This document shows, one piece after another, positions 19,400 through 28,759 of a stretch of 64,000 nucleotides of DNA. Positions within the stretch are counted from its first letter, which is position 1; every line of letters begins with the position of its first letter. The notes under the pieces are model-generated. The model ran no database searches and had not been told where the DNA came from. It was given only the letters and a program-made list of their open reading frames with translations. Source of the stretch: a bacterium (GTDB lineage: Bacteria > Patescibacteriota > Minisyncoccia > Portnoybacterales > GWB1-42-6); the NCBI GenBank assembly GCA_043800535.1, contig JAZDMV010000002.1, positions 11,378 through 75,377 of the forward strand. Direction: 5' to 3'. The position numbers and the translations under genes were made by a program.

Positions 19400-21139
19400 A
19401 TGGATAAACAATCTAAACTTGATATATTAAGGCACTCAACTGCGCACATACTCGCCGCCGCGGTTTTAGATATGTTCCCCGAAGCAAAATTTGCCATCGG
19501 TCCGACAATTGAGGATGGCTTTTATTATGATTTTGATCTGCCGCGAACTTTAATTCCCGAAGACCTTCCGCTACTTGAAGAAAAAATGCGTGAGATTATC
19601 AAGCAAAACTCTCCATTTGAGCGCTCGGAAATTTCCGTCAAAAAAGCCCAGGAACTTTTTAAAAAAGCCAAACAGCCATATAAAGTTGAACTGATAAAAG
19701 ACCTAGTCAAAAATGAAAAAGCGAAAAATGTTTCGGTTTATAGAACCGGAAGTTTTGTGGATTTATGCCGCGGCCCTCACATTGATTCAGCCGGCGAAAT
19801 AAAATTTGATGCTTTTAAATTATTAAAAATCGCCGGCGCTTATTGGCGCGGCTCGGAAAAAAATAAAATGCTTCAGCGCATCTACGGCACGGCTTGGGAG
19901 AGTAACGCTGATCTTGAAACATACCTCCGAAAACTTGAAGAAGCCGAAAAGCGCGACCACAGAAAACTCGGCCAGCGCCTCGGATTATTTTTCTTTGATG
20001 AAACCGCGCCTGGCATGCCCTATTGGCTGCCAAAAGGCCTGCATATAATAAATTCCTTGATTGATTTTTGGCAGAAAGAACATCAAAAACGCGGCTATGT
20101 TGAAATTTCTACACCGCTTTTGAACAAAAAACAGCTCTATGAAACTTCGGGCCACTGGGAGCATTACCGAAAAGAAATGTTCCTTTTCCAAACCGAAGAG
20201 AAAGAAACCTACGCCCTAAAACCCATGAACTGCCCGAATGCCATGATCGTTTACAAACACGAGCCGCGCAGCTACAAAGAATTGCCCTTGCGACTTGGCG
20301 ACACAGATATTTTACACAGAAACGAATTAAGCGGAACTTTAAGCGGGCTTTTTCGTGTCCGCGCCCTCCGCCAGGACGACGCCCATATTTTTATCACCGA
20401 GGAGCAAATCAAGAGCGAACATGAAAACATTTTTGAAATTGCCGATCTCTTTTACTCGCTTTTTGACATTGACTACTATTTTCGCTTAAGCACGCGGCCG
20501 GATGAATTTATGGGTGATAAAAAGTTGTGGGAAAAAGCAGAAAAAGCGCTAGAAGACATTTTGAAAGCCAGCGGGAAAAAATATATTATCGGCGAAAAAG
20601 AAGGCGCGTTCTACGGCCCGAAAATTGATATCTTGATGAAAGATTCGCTCGGCCGCGAATGGCAGACAGGCACTATCCAGCTTGATTTTCAGCTGCCGCT
20701 TCGCTTCAACTTGACTTACACCGACCAGAACGGCAAAGATAAAACTCCGGTGGTAATACATCGTGTGATCTACGGGTCGCTGGAAAGATTTATCGGGATT
20801 TTGATTGAACATACTGCCGGCGCTTTCCCGGTTTGGCTGGCTCCGGAACAGGTCTGGATTCTGCCCATCGGCTCGCGCCACGAAGAATACGCTGTTAAAG
20901 TCGCTGAGGCATTAAAGACGCAAAATATCCGCATCACCGTCAAAAACGAGAATGAAACCATCGGCAAAAAAATCCGCGAAGGCGAAATGCAAAAAATCCC
21001 CTATTTATTAATCGTCGGCGACAAAGAAGTTGCCGCCGACTCCGTGGCTGTCCGCGAACGAGGCAAAGGTGACTTAGGACCGATGAAATTGGATGAATTT
21101 GAAAAAAAGGTCATAGACGAGATAAAAAATAAAAAATAA
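19400..21139 (+). CDS. thrS: threonyl-tRNA synthetase lacking the N-terminal TGS domain
   Basis: Starts near the HSTAHIL editing/SAD motif, then class II core and anticodon-binding domain. The upstream extension in the ORF track is a repeat read-through. Confidence 0.8.
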   Translation: MDKQSKLDILRHSTAHILAAAVLDMFPEAKFAIGPTIEDGFYYDFDLPRTLIPEDLPLLEEKMREIIKQNSPFERSEISVKKAQELFKKAKQPYKVELIKDLVKNEKAKNVSVYRTGSFVDLCRGPHIDSAGEIKFDAFKLLKIAGAYWRGSEKNKMLQRIYGTAWESNADLETYLRKLEEAEKRDHRKLGQRLGLFFFDETAPGMPYWLPKGLHIINSLIDFWQKEHQKRGYVEISTPLLNKKQLYETSGHWEHYRKEMFLFQTEEKETYALKPMNCPNAMIVYKHEPRSYKELPLRLGDTDILHRNELSGTLSGLFRVRALRQDDAHIFITEEQIKSEHENIFEIADLFYSLFDIDYYFRLSTRPDEFMGDKKLWEKAEKALEDILKASGKKYIIGEKEGAFYGPKIDILMKDSLGREWQTGTIQLDFQLPLRFNLTYTDQNGKDKTPVVIHRVIYGSLERFIGILIEHTAGAFPVWLAPEQVWILPIGSRHEEYAVKVAEALKTQNIRITVKNENETIGKKIREGEMQKIPYLLIVGDKEVAADSVAVRERGKGDLGPMKLDEFEKKVIDEIKNKK

Positions 21140-21162
21140 TTTTAAATTTTAGAAATTTTAGA

Positions 21163-21198
21163 TATGAAAAAGGAGAGCTCTTTTGGCTCTCCTTTTTT
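21163..21198. terminator. bidirectional intrinsic terminator
   Basis: aaaaaggagagctcttttggctctcctttttt. Confidence 0.7.
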
Positions 21199-21223
21199 AC
21201 TTAACAGACTAAATAGCAAATGT

Positions 21224-21595
21224 TTAAGGAACATGCGAAAGCAATAAGCGACGGAATGGACACCTTTCCCTGTGCTGACAAGGTTCTTTGCATTCGTTTA
21301 CGTCGCTGACCAAGCAAAACTTCAAAGAAAAATCTGGTTTTTGAGCTGTACACCGAAACTCCTCCAAAATTATACGTTTAACTACACCCTCATAATTCTC
21401 TTCGTAGTTCTCGATAATGGACGCAACAACAAATATTTTGCCCGGTTTTGGCCCGCAAATATCGTAATCTCCGACCACATCAAGCACCAGATCCCCTTCC
21501 CTCAAAAGATCCTCGCCCTTTTCTTTCTCGGAAAATTGAAAAGCCCTGTGCTGTCCATCTAAATAATGCGCTTCCATTACAAAGTACTTAGCCAT
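21224..21595 (-). CDS. hypothetical protein
   Basis: 123-aa intact ORF. Cys-rich C-terminus. Confidence 0.4.
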   Translation of the reverse strand: MAKYFVMEAHYLDGQHRAFQFSEKEKGEDLLREGDLVLDVVGDYDICGPKPGKIFVVASIIENYEENYEGVVKRIILEEFRCTAQKPDFSLKFCLVSDVNECKEPCQHRERCPFRRLLLSHVP

Positions 21596-21671
21596 AACGC
21601 ACCTCCTCTGTCTTGATAGAATGTTGAATTTCTAATATTCTAAGAAATATTGTGTATTAAGAGCTAATTGA

Positions 21672-22850
21672 ATGAAATATTACATAATTACATATGGCTG
21701 TCAAATGAATGAAAGCGATTCTGAAAAGATCGTTGTTTTATTGCAGCGCCAGGGCCACAGACCCGCAAAATCAGAAGCTGACGCCAATTTGATCGTTCTT
21801 AACGCCTGTTCTGTGCGTCAGGCCGCCATGCATCGCGTCTACAGTAAAATAAATCAATATTCGGGTAAAAAGAAGGTAATTCTAGCCGGCTGCGTTTTGC
21901 AAAAAGACAAAAACGCGTTAAAGGAAAAAGTCAGCGAAATTTGGCATCCGGACAGCTATTTTGAATGCCCCTCAGTGTCATTGCGAAGCGCGCCGCCAGC
22001 TGGCGGCGCGCTGAAGCAATCCCGCACTAATACCTCCGTCCACGGGATTGCCACGCTCCCTCCGGTCGCTCGCAATGACGCGACGCCCGCCTATGTGCCC
22101 ATAATGACCGGCTGCAACAATTTTTGTTCTTATTGCGCCGTGCCTTACACGAGAGGACGGGAAAGATCACGGCCGGCGGACGAAATTATTGCCGAAGTAA
22201 AGGCGCTGGTAAAAAAAGGCCATAAAGAAATAATGCTGTTGGGACAAAACGTGAATTCGTATAAATCAAACAGCGTGTCATTGCGAGGAGCCACGTCTCC
22301 TGCGGGGCGACGCGGCGATCCCGACCGTTTACCGCCGTCCACGGGATTGCTTCGCTCCGCTCGCAATGACGTTAATTTTGCAGTTTTACTCAAAATCATC
22401 AACTCCCTCCCCGGCAATTTCCGTCTATCCTTTATGACCTCCCACCCCAAAGACATGTCGGACAAGCTTATTGCAACGATGGCCAAATGTGAAAAATTGG
22501 CAAAAAATCTGCACCTGCCAATTCAATCCGGCGACAATACAATTTTGCGCAAGATGAACCGACATTACACCACAAATCATTATCTGATACTGCTCAAAAA
22601 AATCCGCAAAGCGATTCCTGATATAAAAATTTCAACCGACATAATCGTCGGCTTCCCGGGCGAAACAAAAAAACAATTCCAAAGCACTGTCGCGCTGGCC
22701 AAAAAAGCCAAGTTTTCGGGCGCGTTTGTTGCCAAATATTCCCCGCGCCCCGGCACCGCCGCCGCCAAACTGAAAGACAATGTACCAGTTGAAGAAAAAA
22801 AACGACGTTGGCGGATTTTAGACACGTTGATTAATAAATTCGAGCATTAA
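21672..22850 (+). CDS. miaB: MiaB/RimO-family radical-SAM methylthiotransferase with two in-frame repeat-derived insertions
   Basis: MKYYIITYGCQMNESDSEKI MTTase N-domain, CNNFCSYCAVPYTRG radical-SAM cluster, TRAM end. Inserts SVSLRSAPPAGG... and SVSLRGATSPAGRRGD... are encoded by elements at 21975-22080 and 22275-22370. Confidence 0.8.
   Translation: MKYYIITYGCQMNESDSEKIVVLLQRQGHRPAKSEADANLIVLNACSVRQAAMHRVYSKINQYSGKKKVILAGCVLQKDKNALKEKVSEIWHPDSYFECPSVSLRSAPPAGGALKQSRTNTSVHGIATLPPVARNDATPAYVPIMTGCNNFCSYCAVPYTRGRERSRPADEIIAEVKALVKKGHKEIMLLGQNVNSYKSNSVSLRGATSPAGRRGDPDRLPPSTGLLRSARNDVNFAVLLKIINSLPGNFRLSFMTSHPKDMSDKLIATMAKCEKLAKNLHLPIQSGDNTILRKMNRHYTTNHYLILLKKIRKAIPDIKISTDIIVGFPGETKKQFQSTVALAKKAKFSGAFVAKYSPRPGTAAAKLKDNVPVEEKKRRWRILDTLINKFEH
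21975..22080. repeat. palindromic element family A copy 1, in-frame inside miaB (gtgtcattgcga...ctcgcaatgacg)
   Basis: Terminal inverted repeats. Shares ccgtccacgggattgc with copy 2. Confidence 0.7.
22275..22370. repeat. palindromic element family A copy 2, in-frame inside miaB
   Basis: gtgtcattgcgaggag ... gctcgcaatgacg. Confidence 0.7.
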
Positions 22851-22860
22851 CTAAAGTTTC

Positions 22861-22956
22861 TGTCATTCCGAGCGTGCGAGGAATCTCCCGCGTATGCGGG
22901 ACCCCGTTGCCGACATTCATCGGAAATCCTTCGGCGTAACGCGCCTCAGGATGACG
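22861..22956. repeat. palindromic repeat family B copy downstream of miaB
   Basis: tgtcattccgagcgtgcgaggaatctcccgcgtatgcggg ... caggatgacg. Confidence 0.55.
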
Positions 22957-22975
22957 CTTTATGGAAAATAAAAAA

Positions 22976-22993
22976 GGACCGATTTCTCGGTCC
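22976..22993 (-). terminator. hairpin ggaccgatttctcggtcc after the 23025-23309 gene
   Basis: Perfect 6-bp stem with U-run on the minus strand. Confidence 0.4.
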
Positions 22994-23024
22994 CGAAAAG
23001 GTGAAAGAAAAGAGTACAATGATT

Positions 23025-23309
23025 TTACCCTTTGTCGGCGCGGGTATGAAACGTCAATACCATGGCGGTTTCAATGTCGTACCCAAGTGGTTTAATGACT
23101 TTAACCACGTTCATTATTTCCGGCACAAAATTGCTGATAACCCGCAGAAAAGGCATCTCTTCGCCCTTGAGGTTTTTTGCCTCGTCGTGATAAACGGTGA
23201 CGACGATGTCTTCAAGGCACTTTAACCCCGATGATAAAAGGCAATCTGCGACGATCTTTTTGACAACCTCCGAACCCTCCCCATATCCATGAAGCTCAAT
23301 ATTAGGCAT
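23025..23309 (-). CDS. hypothetical protein
   Basis: 94-aa ORF. Confidence 0.4.
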   Translation of the reverse strand: MPNIELHGYGEGSEVVKKIVADCLLSSGLKCLEDIVVTVYHDEAKNLKGEEMPFLRVISNFVPEIMNVVKVIKPLGYDIETAMVLTFHTRADKG

Positions 23310-23353
23310 TTTGCTCCTCCTTTTGTTAAAGAATTTTGATATAAAATCATATC

Positions 23354-24337
23354 ATGCTAGATAATAATTGTCAAGATAAAGATGCTCCAAAGCTAATCGT
23401 CGTTCTCGGCCCGACTGCTTCCGGCAAGTCGGATTTAGCTGTGGAAATCGCCCACAAATTCAATGGCGAGATTATTTCCGCTGATTCGCGGCAGGTTTAT
23501 CGCGGAATGGATATTGGGACCGGCAAAATTACAAAAAAAGAGATGCAAGGTGTTCCTCATTATCTGCTGGATGTCGCTGACCCAAAACGCCGCTTTACTG
23601 TCGCCCAATACAAAAAATTAGCGCTGGCCGCAATAAAAAAGATACAACGCAAAAATAAAATCCCGATTATCTGCGGCGGGACGGGGTTTTATATTCAGGC
23701 GCTAGTTGATAATATTTCTATCCCAGAAGTCAAGCCGGATTTGAAACTTCGCACGCGCCTGGAAAAAAAATCTGTCGGAGAACTATTCTCCGAGCTGAAG
23801 TGGCTTGACCCAAAACGCGCCAAAACAATAGACCCCAAAAATCCCCGCCGACTCATCCGCGCGCTTGAAATTATTTATAAAACCGGCAAACCTGTGCCGC
23901 CGTTAAATCCTCCCCGCCCCTCCCTAAAGGGAGGGAGTCCCCCTCCTTTAGGAGGGGCTAGGGGAGATTTTTCTACCCTCTTCATCGGCGTCAAAAAATC
24001 GCCGCATCAACTACGGCGATTGATTTATAAACGCCTGCTCAAACGATTGCGGCAAGGCATGATAGAAGAAGTCAAAAACTTGCGTAAATCTGGCATCTCC
24101 TGGAAACGGCTGGAAGACTTTGGCCTGGAATATCGATACACCGCTAAATATTTACAGAAAAAAACCCTTCGACAAGCTCAGGGTAAATTATACTATCAAG
24201 AAATGGTTTCGCGTCTCCAAAAAGAAATTGAGCATTACGCCAAAAGGCAGATGACGTGGTTCAAAAAAAATCCAAGAATAAAATGGATAGAAAGCGAAAC
24301 TCAAGCGCAAAAATTAGTAAAAAAATTCATAGAATAA
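23354..24337 (+). CDS. miaA: tRNA dimethylallyltransferase with in-frame palindromic insert
   Basis: IVVLGPTASGKSDLAVEIA P-loop; SADSRQVYRGMDIGTGK. Insert PPRPSLKGGSPPPLGGARGD is encoded by cccctccctaaagggaggg/ccccctcctttaggagggg (about 23910-23975). Confidence 0.8.
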   Translation: MLDNNCQDKDAPKLIVVLGPTASGKSDLAVEIAHKFNGEIISADSRQVYRGMDIGTGKITKKEMQGVPHYLLDVADPKRRFTVAQYKKLALAAIKKIQRKNKIPIICGGTGFYIQALVDNISIPEVKPDLKLRTRLEKKSVGELFSELKWLDPKRAKTIDPKNPRRLIRALEIIYKTGKPVPPLNPPRPSLKGGSPPPLGGARGDFSTLFIGVKKSPHQLRRLIYKRLLKRLRQGMIEEVKNLRKSGISWKRLEDFGLEYRYTAKYLQKKTLRQAQGKLYYQEMVSRLQKEIEHYAKRQMTWFKKNPRIKWIESETQAQKLVKKFIE

Positions 24338-24345
24338 AAAAGAAT

Positions 24346-24378
24346 GAGGGCTGACTGTGATTTCACAGTCAGCCCTCG
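24346..24378. terminator. bidirectional terminator gagggctgactgtgatttcacagtcagccctc
   Basis: Perfect 13-bp stem between convergent genes. Confidence 0.65.
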
Positions 24379-24384
24379 CGTTGT

Positions 24385-25071
24385 TTAACGTTTGAGCGAG
24401 ATCTTCCCGCTCATGAACTCCATTGGCTCGCCCCAGGGATTCTCTGGCGTGCTCTGCCAGGTATCACTGTTGCAAAGCCCCTTCATCTTATTGCCGCCGT
24501 AGAACATGCGGCAATAAATGCTGCCCTGTCCCGGGTCTGCGCCGTCCACATTGATCGTAATCCCGACGGCCTTATTCCCGGTCCAGTTCAATTCAATCCT
24601 TCCCGACCCAAATCTTTTGGACAGTTTTTTGTCCAAAAAAATCTGCATGTCAGCCCAAGTTTCCGTGTACGGCTGACAATCGGGGTACTCTGGTGGACAA
24701 GGATACGTCACTTTCTGCGTATCGCCCGCCAAGAAAAAAACGTTGAACGAGTCAGACGTTTCGTTCAGCTGGACGTCAACCGAGTTCAGCTCCATTCGTC
24801 CATTCCAGAAGCCCTCAACATAGGGCTCGGTACCACCACAATAGCCGATGCACTCGAACCCCGGGACCTCTCCACCCGCCTTGGCCGTAGGTAAAAAGAA
24901 CAGGCCAACCATCACCATCCCGAAGAACAACCACCCCATAAGCCACATTCCTCTTGCTCTTCCTTCCATAACCGCACCTCCTGTTTTTTGGGATTTTGAA
25001 GCTATTTTTGAATATCTATTATTATAGCACCTTATAACTTTCTTGTCAATACTTGACAGTAAATAGTGCAT
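24385..25071 (-). CDS. hypothetical secreted/anchored Cys-rich protein
   Basis: Probable start at MEGRARGMWLMGWLFFGMVMVGLFF (24969), a signal-anchor. Confidence 0.45.
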   Translation of the reverse strand: MHYLLSSIDKKVIRCYNNRYSKIASKSQKTGGAVMEGRARGMWLMGWLFFGMVMVGLFFLPTAKAGGEVPGFECIGYCGGTEPYVEGFWNGRMELNSVDVQLNETSDSFNVFFLAGDTQKVTYPCPPEYPDCQPYTETWADMQIFLDKKLSKRFGSGRIELNWTGNKAVGITINVDGADPGQGSIYCRMFYGGNKMKGLCNSDTWQSTPENPWGEPMEFMSGKISLKR

Positions 25072-25127
25072 ATGCTATATTAGAATATTCGTACCTAACA
25101 CAAAAAATATCCTAAGGAGGTGGGTAT

Positions 25128-25601
25128 ATGAAGCCAGTGGGGCATGTTGTAGCAGGCGGCATTTTAGGAGGAATCGGCCTAGTTTTTGTGGGCTGGACCG
25201 TGGCGATTGGCGCCTTCCTGGGTTCTCTTCTGCCAGATTTTGACCATATTCCCTCTCACTGGCGGATAGACCCAAAAAGCGTCTTCAGTTTTTCTAAATC
25301 TCTGCGCATTGCCGAAATGCTTTATCGACAACACGCGCAGAAACCTTGGTTAGAGTTGGCCTTCCTACACACTATTGAGTTCTTCTTTTTTATTTTTTTA
25401 CTGGCACTTATCTTTCATTCTGCGTTCTTTTGGGCGATACTGGGGGCAATGCTTCTACACGCTTTCCTTGATTATCTAAGTATTGCTACACGCCTGGAAC
25501 CTCTTAGCCTCCGATGCTGGTCAGTTATCCAGTACTTCGTCCGAAAGCACCGGGGTGAAAAAACGTATTTTAATCTTTGGCCACGCGGTGGCGGTCCGTA
25601 G
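25128..25601 (+). CDS. hypothetical integral membrane protein
   Basis: Strong RBS aaggaggtgggtatATG. 4-5 TM helices. Confidence 0.55.
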   Translation: MKPVGHVVAGGILGGIGLVFVGWTVAIGAFLGSLLPDFDHIPSHWRIDPKSVFSFSKSLRIAEMLYRQHAQKPWLELAFLHTIEFFFFIFLLALIFHSAFFWAILGAMLLHAFLDYLSIATRLEPLSLRCWSVIQYFVRKHRGEKTYFNLWPRGGGP

Positions 25602-25616
25602 CGTCAAAAAGTAATC

Positions 25617-25649
25617 AAAAAAAGACCGTTTGCGAGAATTCTCGCAAAC
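25617..25649. terminator. bidirectional terminator aagaccgtttgcgagaattctcgcaaacggtctt
   Basis: Perfect palindrome between convergent genes. Confidence 0.65.
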
Positions 25650-25676
25650 GGTCTTTAAAATTTTACATAATATTTT

Positions 25677-27224
25677 CTATTTCAACCGCTTCTTCAAGAT
25701 TTCCTCAACCATCTGCGGATTGGCGCGGCCTTTGGTCGCCGCCATCACTTTGCCGATCAAAAACATCAGCGCTTTTTCTTTGCCGCCTTTAAACTCGGCC
25801 GCGGGCCCCGGGTTTTGAGAAATAGTTTCAGCCACCGCTTTTTCAAGTTCTTCCTCATCACTCACCTGCGCTATCCCCTTTTCTTCTATGACGTGCGACG
25901 GGTCAACACCTGTTTTAAACATTTCGGCTAAGACCGTCTGCGCGCCGCTTGAAGAAACAACGCCCTGCGCGGTCAGCTTTATAAATTCCGCAAAATTCTC
26001 GGCCGTAATTTTTAAATTTTCAAACGGCTGGCCTGATTGGGCAAGCAATTTCTGCAATTCCGTTATCAGATAATTTGCCGCCAGTTTCAGCGCTTTGACG
26101 CAGTCAATTTTTGGCTCGGCCGAGCATGCCCATTCTTTCAGTTCACTCGCCACCCGCTCAAAATAATCGCCCAGCGCTTTATTAACAACGAAAATTTCAA
26201 CGTCGCCATCTGGCAAATTATATTCTTCAACAAATCTTTTTTTACGACTAGCCGGCATTTCGGGCAAAGATGATAGTTCGGCAACAATCTCCGCAGTTTT
26301 TAATGGCGGCAAATCCGGCTCAGGAAAATAGCGATAATCATGCGCTTCTTCTTTGACTCGCTGGGAAACTGTCATCTGTTTTTCGTCAACCCATCCGCGC
26401 GTCTCCTGAATAATTTTTTCACCGGCTTCCAGGGCTTCGGCCTGCCGTTTTATTTCATAATCAATGCCCCGCTCAACCGCCCGGAAAGAATTCAAATTTT
26501 TTATTTCCACTTTAGTCCCTAAAGGCGCTCCGTCATTCTGAGGCAAAACCGAAGAATCTCCCAGCTTGTTTGGGATGAATCCCGCATTCGCGGGTGATTC
26601 CTCGCTACGCTCGGAATGACTTGTGGACGGTCGTAGACTAATATTCACCTCACACCTCATCTGGCCCTTTTCCATATCAGCGTCAGAAACCCCAAGATAC
26701 CTTAAAATAAGCTGAAGTTCCTGGCAGAATTTTTTGGCCTCTATGCCCGAACGTATATCCGGCTCTGTCACCAATTCCATCAGCGGCACGCCTGCGCGGT
26801 TCAAGTCAACCAAAGAATAATCAGTCCCTGCCGGATGCAACAATTTGCCCGTATCTTCTTCCAGATGTATTCTGCGAATTTTTATTTTACAGCCGTCAAT
26901 TTCCAGCCACCCGTTCTGCGAAAGCGGCTTGTCATACTGGCTTATCTGATAGCCCTTGGGCAAGTCTGGATAAAAATAGTTTTTGCGGTCAAATTTGGAA
27001 AATTCCGGAATTTCGCAGTTGAGCGCCCGCGCGGTCTGCAAGACCATTTTCACCGCTTCTTTGTTTGTCACGGGCAAACTGCCCGGCTGGCCTGTGCAGA
27101 CGGGGCAAATGTGGATATTGGGTTCGCCTTCCAAACCAAAACCATTCTCACATCCACAAAACATTTTTGTTTTGGTCTTAAGCTCAACATGAACCTCCAT
27201 TCCGATAACCGCTTCATATTTCAT
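25677..27224 (-). CDS. gatB: Asp/Glu-tRNA amidotransferase subunit B with in-frame repeat insert
   Basis: MKYEAVIGMEVHVELKT N-terminus. Insert RPSTSHSERSEESPANAGFIPNKLGDSSVLPQNDGAPL is encoded by the family B element at 26531-26630. Confidence 0.85.
   Translation of the reverse strand: MKYEAVIGMEVHVELKTKTKMFCGCENGFGLEGEPNIHICPVCTGQPGSLPVTNKEAVKMVLQTARALNCEIPEFSKFDRKNYFYPDLPKGYQISQYDKPLSQNGWLEIDGCKIKIRRIHLEEDTGKLLHPAGTDYSLVDLNRAGVPLMELVTEPDIRSGIEAKKFCQELQLILRYLGVSDADMEKGQMRCEVNISLRPSTSHSERSEESPANAGFIPNKLGDSSVLPQNDGAPLGTKVEIKNLNSFRAVERGIDYEIKRQAEALEAGEKIIQETRGWVDEKQMTVSQRVKEEAHDYRYFPEPDLPPLKTAEIVAELSSLPEMPASRKKRFVEEYNLPDGDVEIFVVNKALGDYFERVASELKEWACSAEPKIDCVKALKLAANYLITELQKLLAQSGQPFENLKITAENFAEFIKLTAQGVVSSSGAQTVLAEMFKTGVDPSHVIEEKGIAQVSDEEELEKAVAETISQNPGPAAEFKGGKEKALMFLIGKVMAATKGRANPQMVEEILKKRLK
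26531..26630. repeat. palindromic repeat family B copy, in-frame inside gatB (gtcattctgagg...ctcggaatgac)
   Basis: Terminal inverted repeats. Internal gaatcccgcattcgcgggtgattc hairpin. Confidence 0.65.
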
Positions 27225-27286
27225 AAAATCATAATAACACAATAATTCAACAGAAAAAAGAACCATCCATTGGATGGCTCTTTATA

Positions 27287-27892
27287 TTAGAAATTTAATG
27301 ACCCAACTATTTCCCGGTGGATTTCCTGTAAATTTCTTTCCCCATTCACCACCAAAACATCCGGAAACATTCTGCATATTTTTCGATAATTCTCCAAAAC
27401 CTTCTCTAGTTTATCTCTTTTTTCAAAAAACTTGATTCCTTCTCCTCTTTTTTTAATCCGCCGCAAGCATTCTTGGGCACTTACGTCCAAAAAAATTATC
27501 TTGTCTGGATAAAGAAAATCATCATTTAGGGCAACCAGTTTTCCAATCGGCACCGCCAAACCGCCAAAAGCCAATGTTGAAAAAAAATAACGGTCAGAAA
27601 TTACAGTTTTTCCTTCTTTTAGGGCTGGCACAATTTCTTTTTCCAGATGTTCGGCCCGATCCTCGACATACATTTTTTGAAACTTTAAAGGATCACCTGT
27701 CTCCGTCTTTCCATCAAGCGCATCATTAATCTTCTTGCCCGCCTCTGTCCATTTTGTCGGCTCCTTCGTAAAAAAAACAGCCTTGCCTTGTGTCATTAAA
27801 TAACGAGATAGCAAATTTGCTTGTGTGCTCTGCCCCGAACCATCCAATCCTTCAAAAACAATAAATTTGCCGCCGTAAATATTCTTTTGCAT
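27287..27892 (-). CDS. tmk: thymidylate kinase
   Basis: GKFIVFEGLDGSGQSTQ P-loop. Start placed at MQKNIYGG. Confidence 0.8.
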   Translation of the reverse strand: MQKNIYGGKFIVFEGLDGSGQSTQANLLSRYLMTQGKAVFFTKEPTKWTEAGKKINDALDGKTETGDPLKFQKMYVEDRAEHLEKEIVPALKEGKTVISDRYFFSTLAFGGLAVPIGKLVALNDDFLYPDKIIFLDVSAQECLRRIKKRGEGIKFFEKRDKLEKVLENYRKICRMFPDVLVVNGERNLQEIHREIVGSLNF

Positions 27893-27973
27893 AATTGCCT
27901 CCCTGTTCAAAAATAAAGGGGGCTCGCTGGTTATTTTAACCCAACAACCCCCATAAAGTCCACAATTCAATAT

Positions 27974-28741
27974 CTATTCCATCTCCTTGTTCTGCAGATA
28001 AACTCTTAATTGGGCGATTGCCCAGGCATATTTATAAATATGCAATCCTTTGCTGTAAGCAATCGTCTCGCCCGGCTCAACGCCAATCTCTTTTGCCATA
28101 TATTCTTTCAGAAGCTGTAAAGCGCCAAGATTTACGGGGAAACCGTTCCAGAGGTCCCAAGACCTGAAATAGACAAAAAAATGGAGCTTCCCGTAGCGAA
28201 GGCGCGTATCCACCATTCTTAAGCAAGGCGGATCGCCCAAAAGCACGTCTTCTGGTCTGCCGACTTCCATTGTCGTTTGATTGGTGTGAGGCCCGAATTT
28301 TTTGTAAATTTCTATCACTTTTTCGATCTGGTTCGGCCCGACAATTACAGGATCTTCATAGTCATCCTCTCCGGTCTTTTTGTTCCGGTGCCGCTTAATA
28401 AGTATCCCGCTGAGGCGTTCGCCATAAACATAATACTCATTGTCATCCTTAACCCCCGTAAAAATCTTCTGCTCATAGTAGGTCTGCAAATATCCCGGTT
28501 CAACTGGGCATGGAATGTTCAGGCCAGGCGGAATATCTGGCTCCATCGGCCTAACATGCGGATGGGTTATAGTTATCTTAAAATCGTCAAATTCTGACCT
28601 TGATTCCTCACCCGCATAGCTTCCGTGCGCAACAAAATACCGATAGCTATCTTTGACATTATTCCGCACACACTGGAACCAAGCGTCAGGAATATCCCTG
28701 GCCACAAGCACAGTTGCTTTTAACCAATTTTTTCCATTCAT
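27974..28741 (-). CDS. divergent thymidylate synthase (ThyA-family) / dUMP-modifying enzyme
   Basis: DPPCLRM..GKLHFFVYFRSWDLWNGFPVNLGAL lines up with ThyA LPPCH..[27 protein letters not shown]. Flanked by dCMP deaminase and tmk. Confidence 0.6.
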   Translation of the reverse strand: MNGKNWLKATVLVARDIPDAWFQCVRNNVKDSYRYFVAHGSYAGEESRSEFDDFKITITHPHVRPMEPDIPPGLNIPCPVEPGYLQTYYEQKIFTGVKDDNEYYVYGERLSGILIKRHRNKKTGEDDYEDPVIVGPNQIEKVIEIYKKFGPHTNQTTMEVGRPEDVLLGDPPCLRMVDTRLRYGKLHFFVYFRSWDLWNGFPVNLGALQLLKEYMAKEIGVEPGETIAYSKGLHIYKYAWAIAQLRVYLQNKEME

Positions 28742-28759
28742 GCATCCTGCCTCCTCTCG

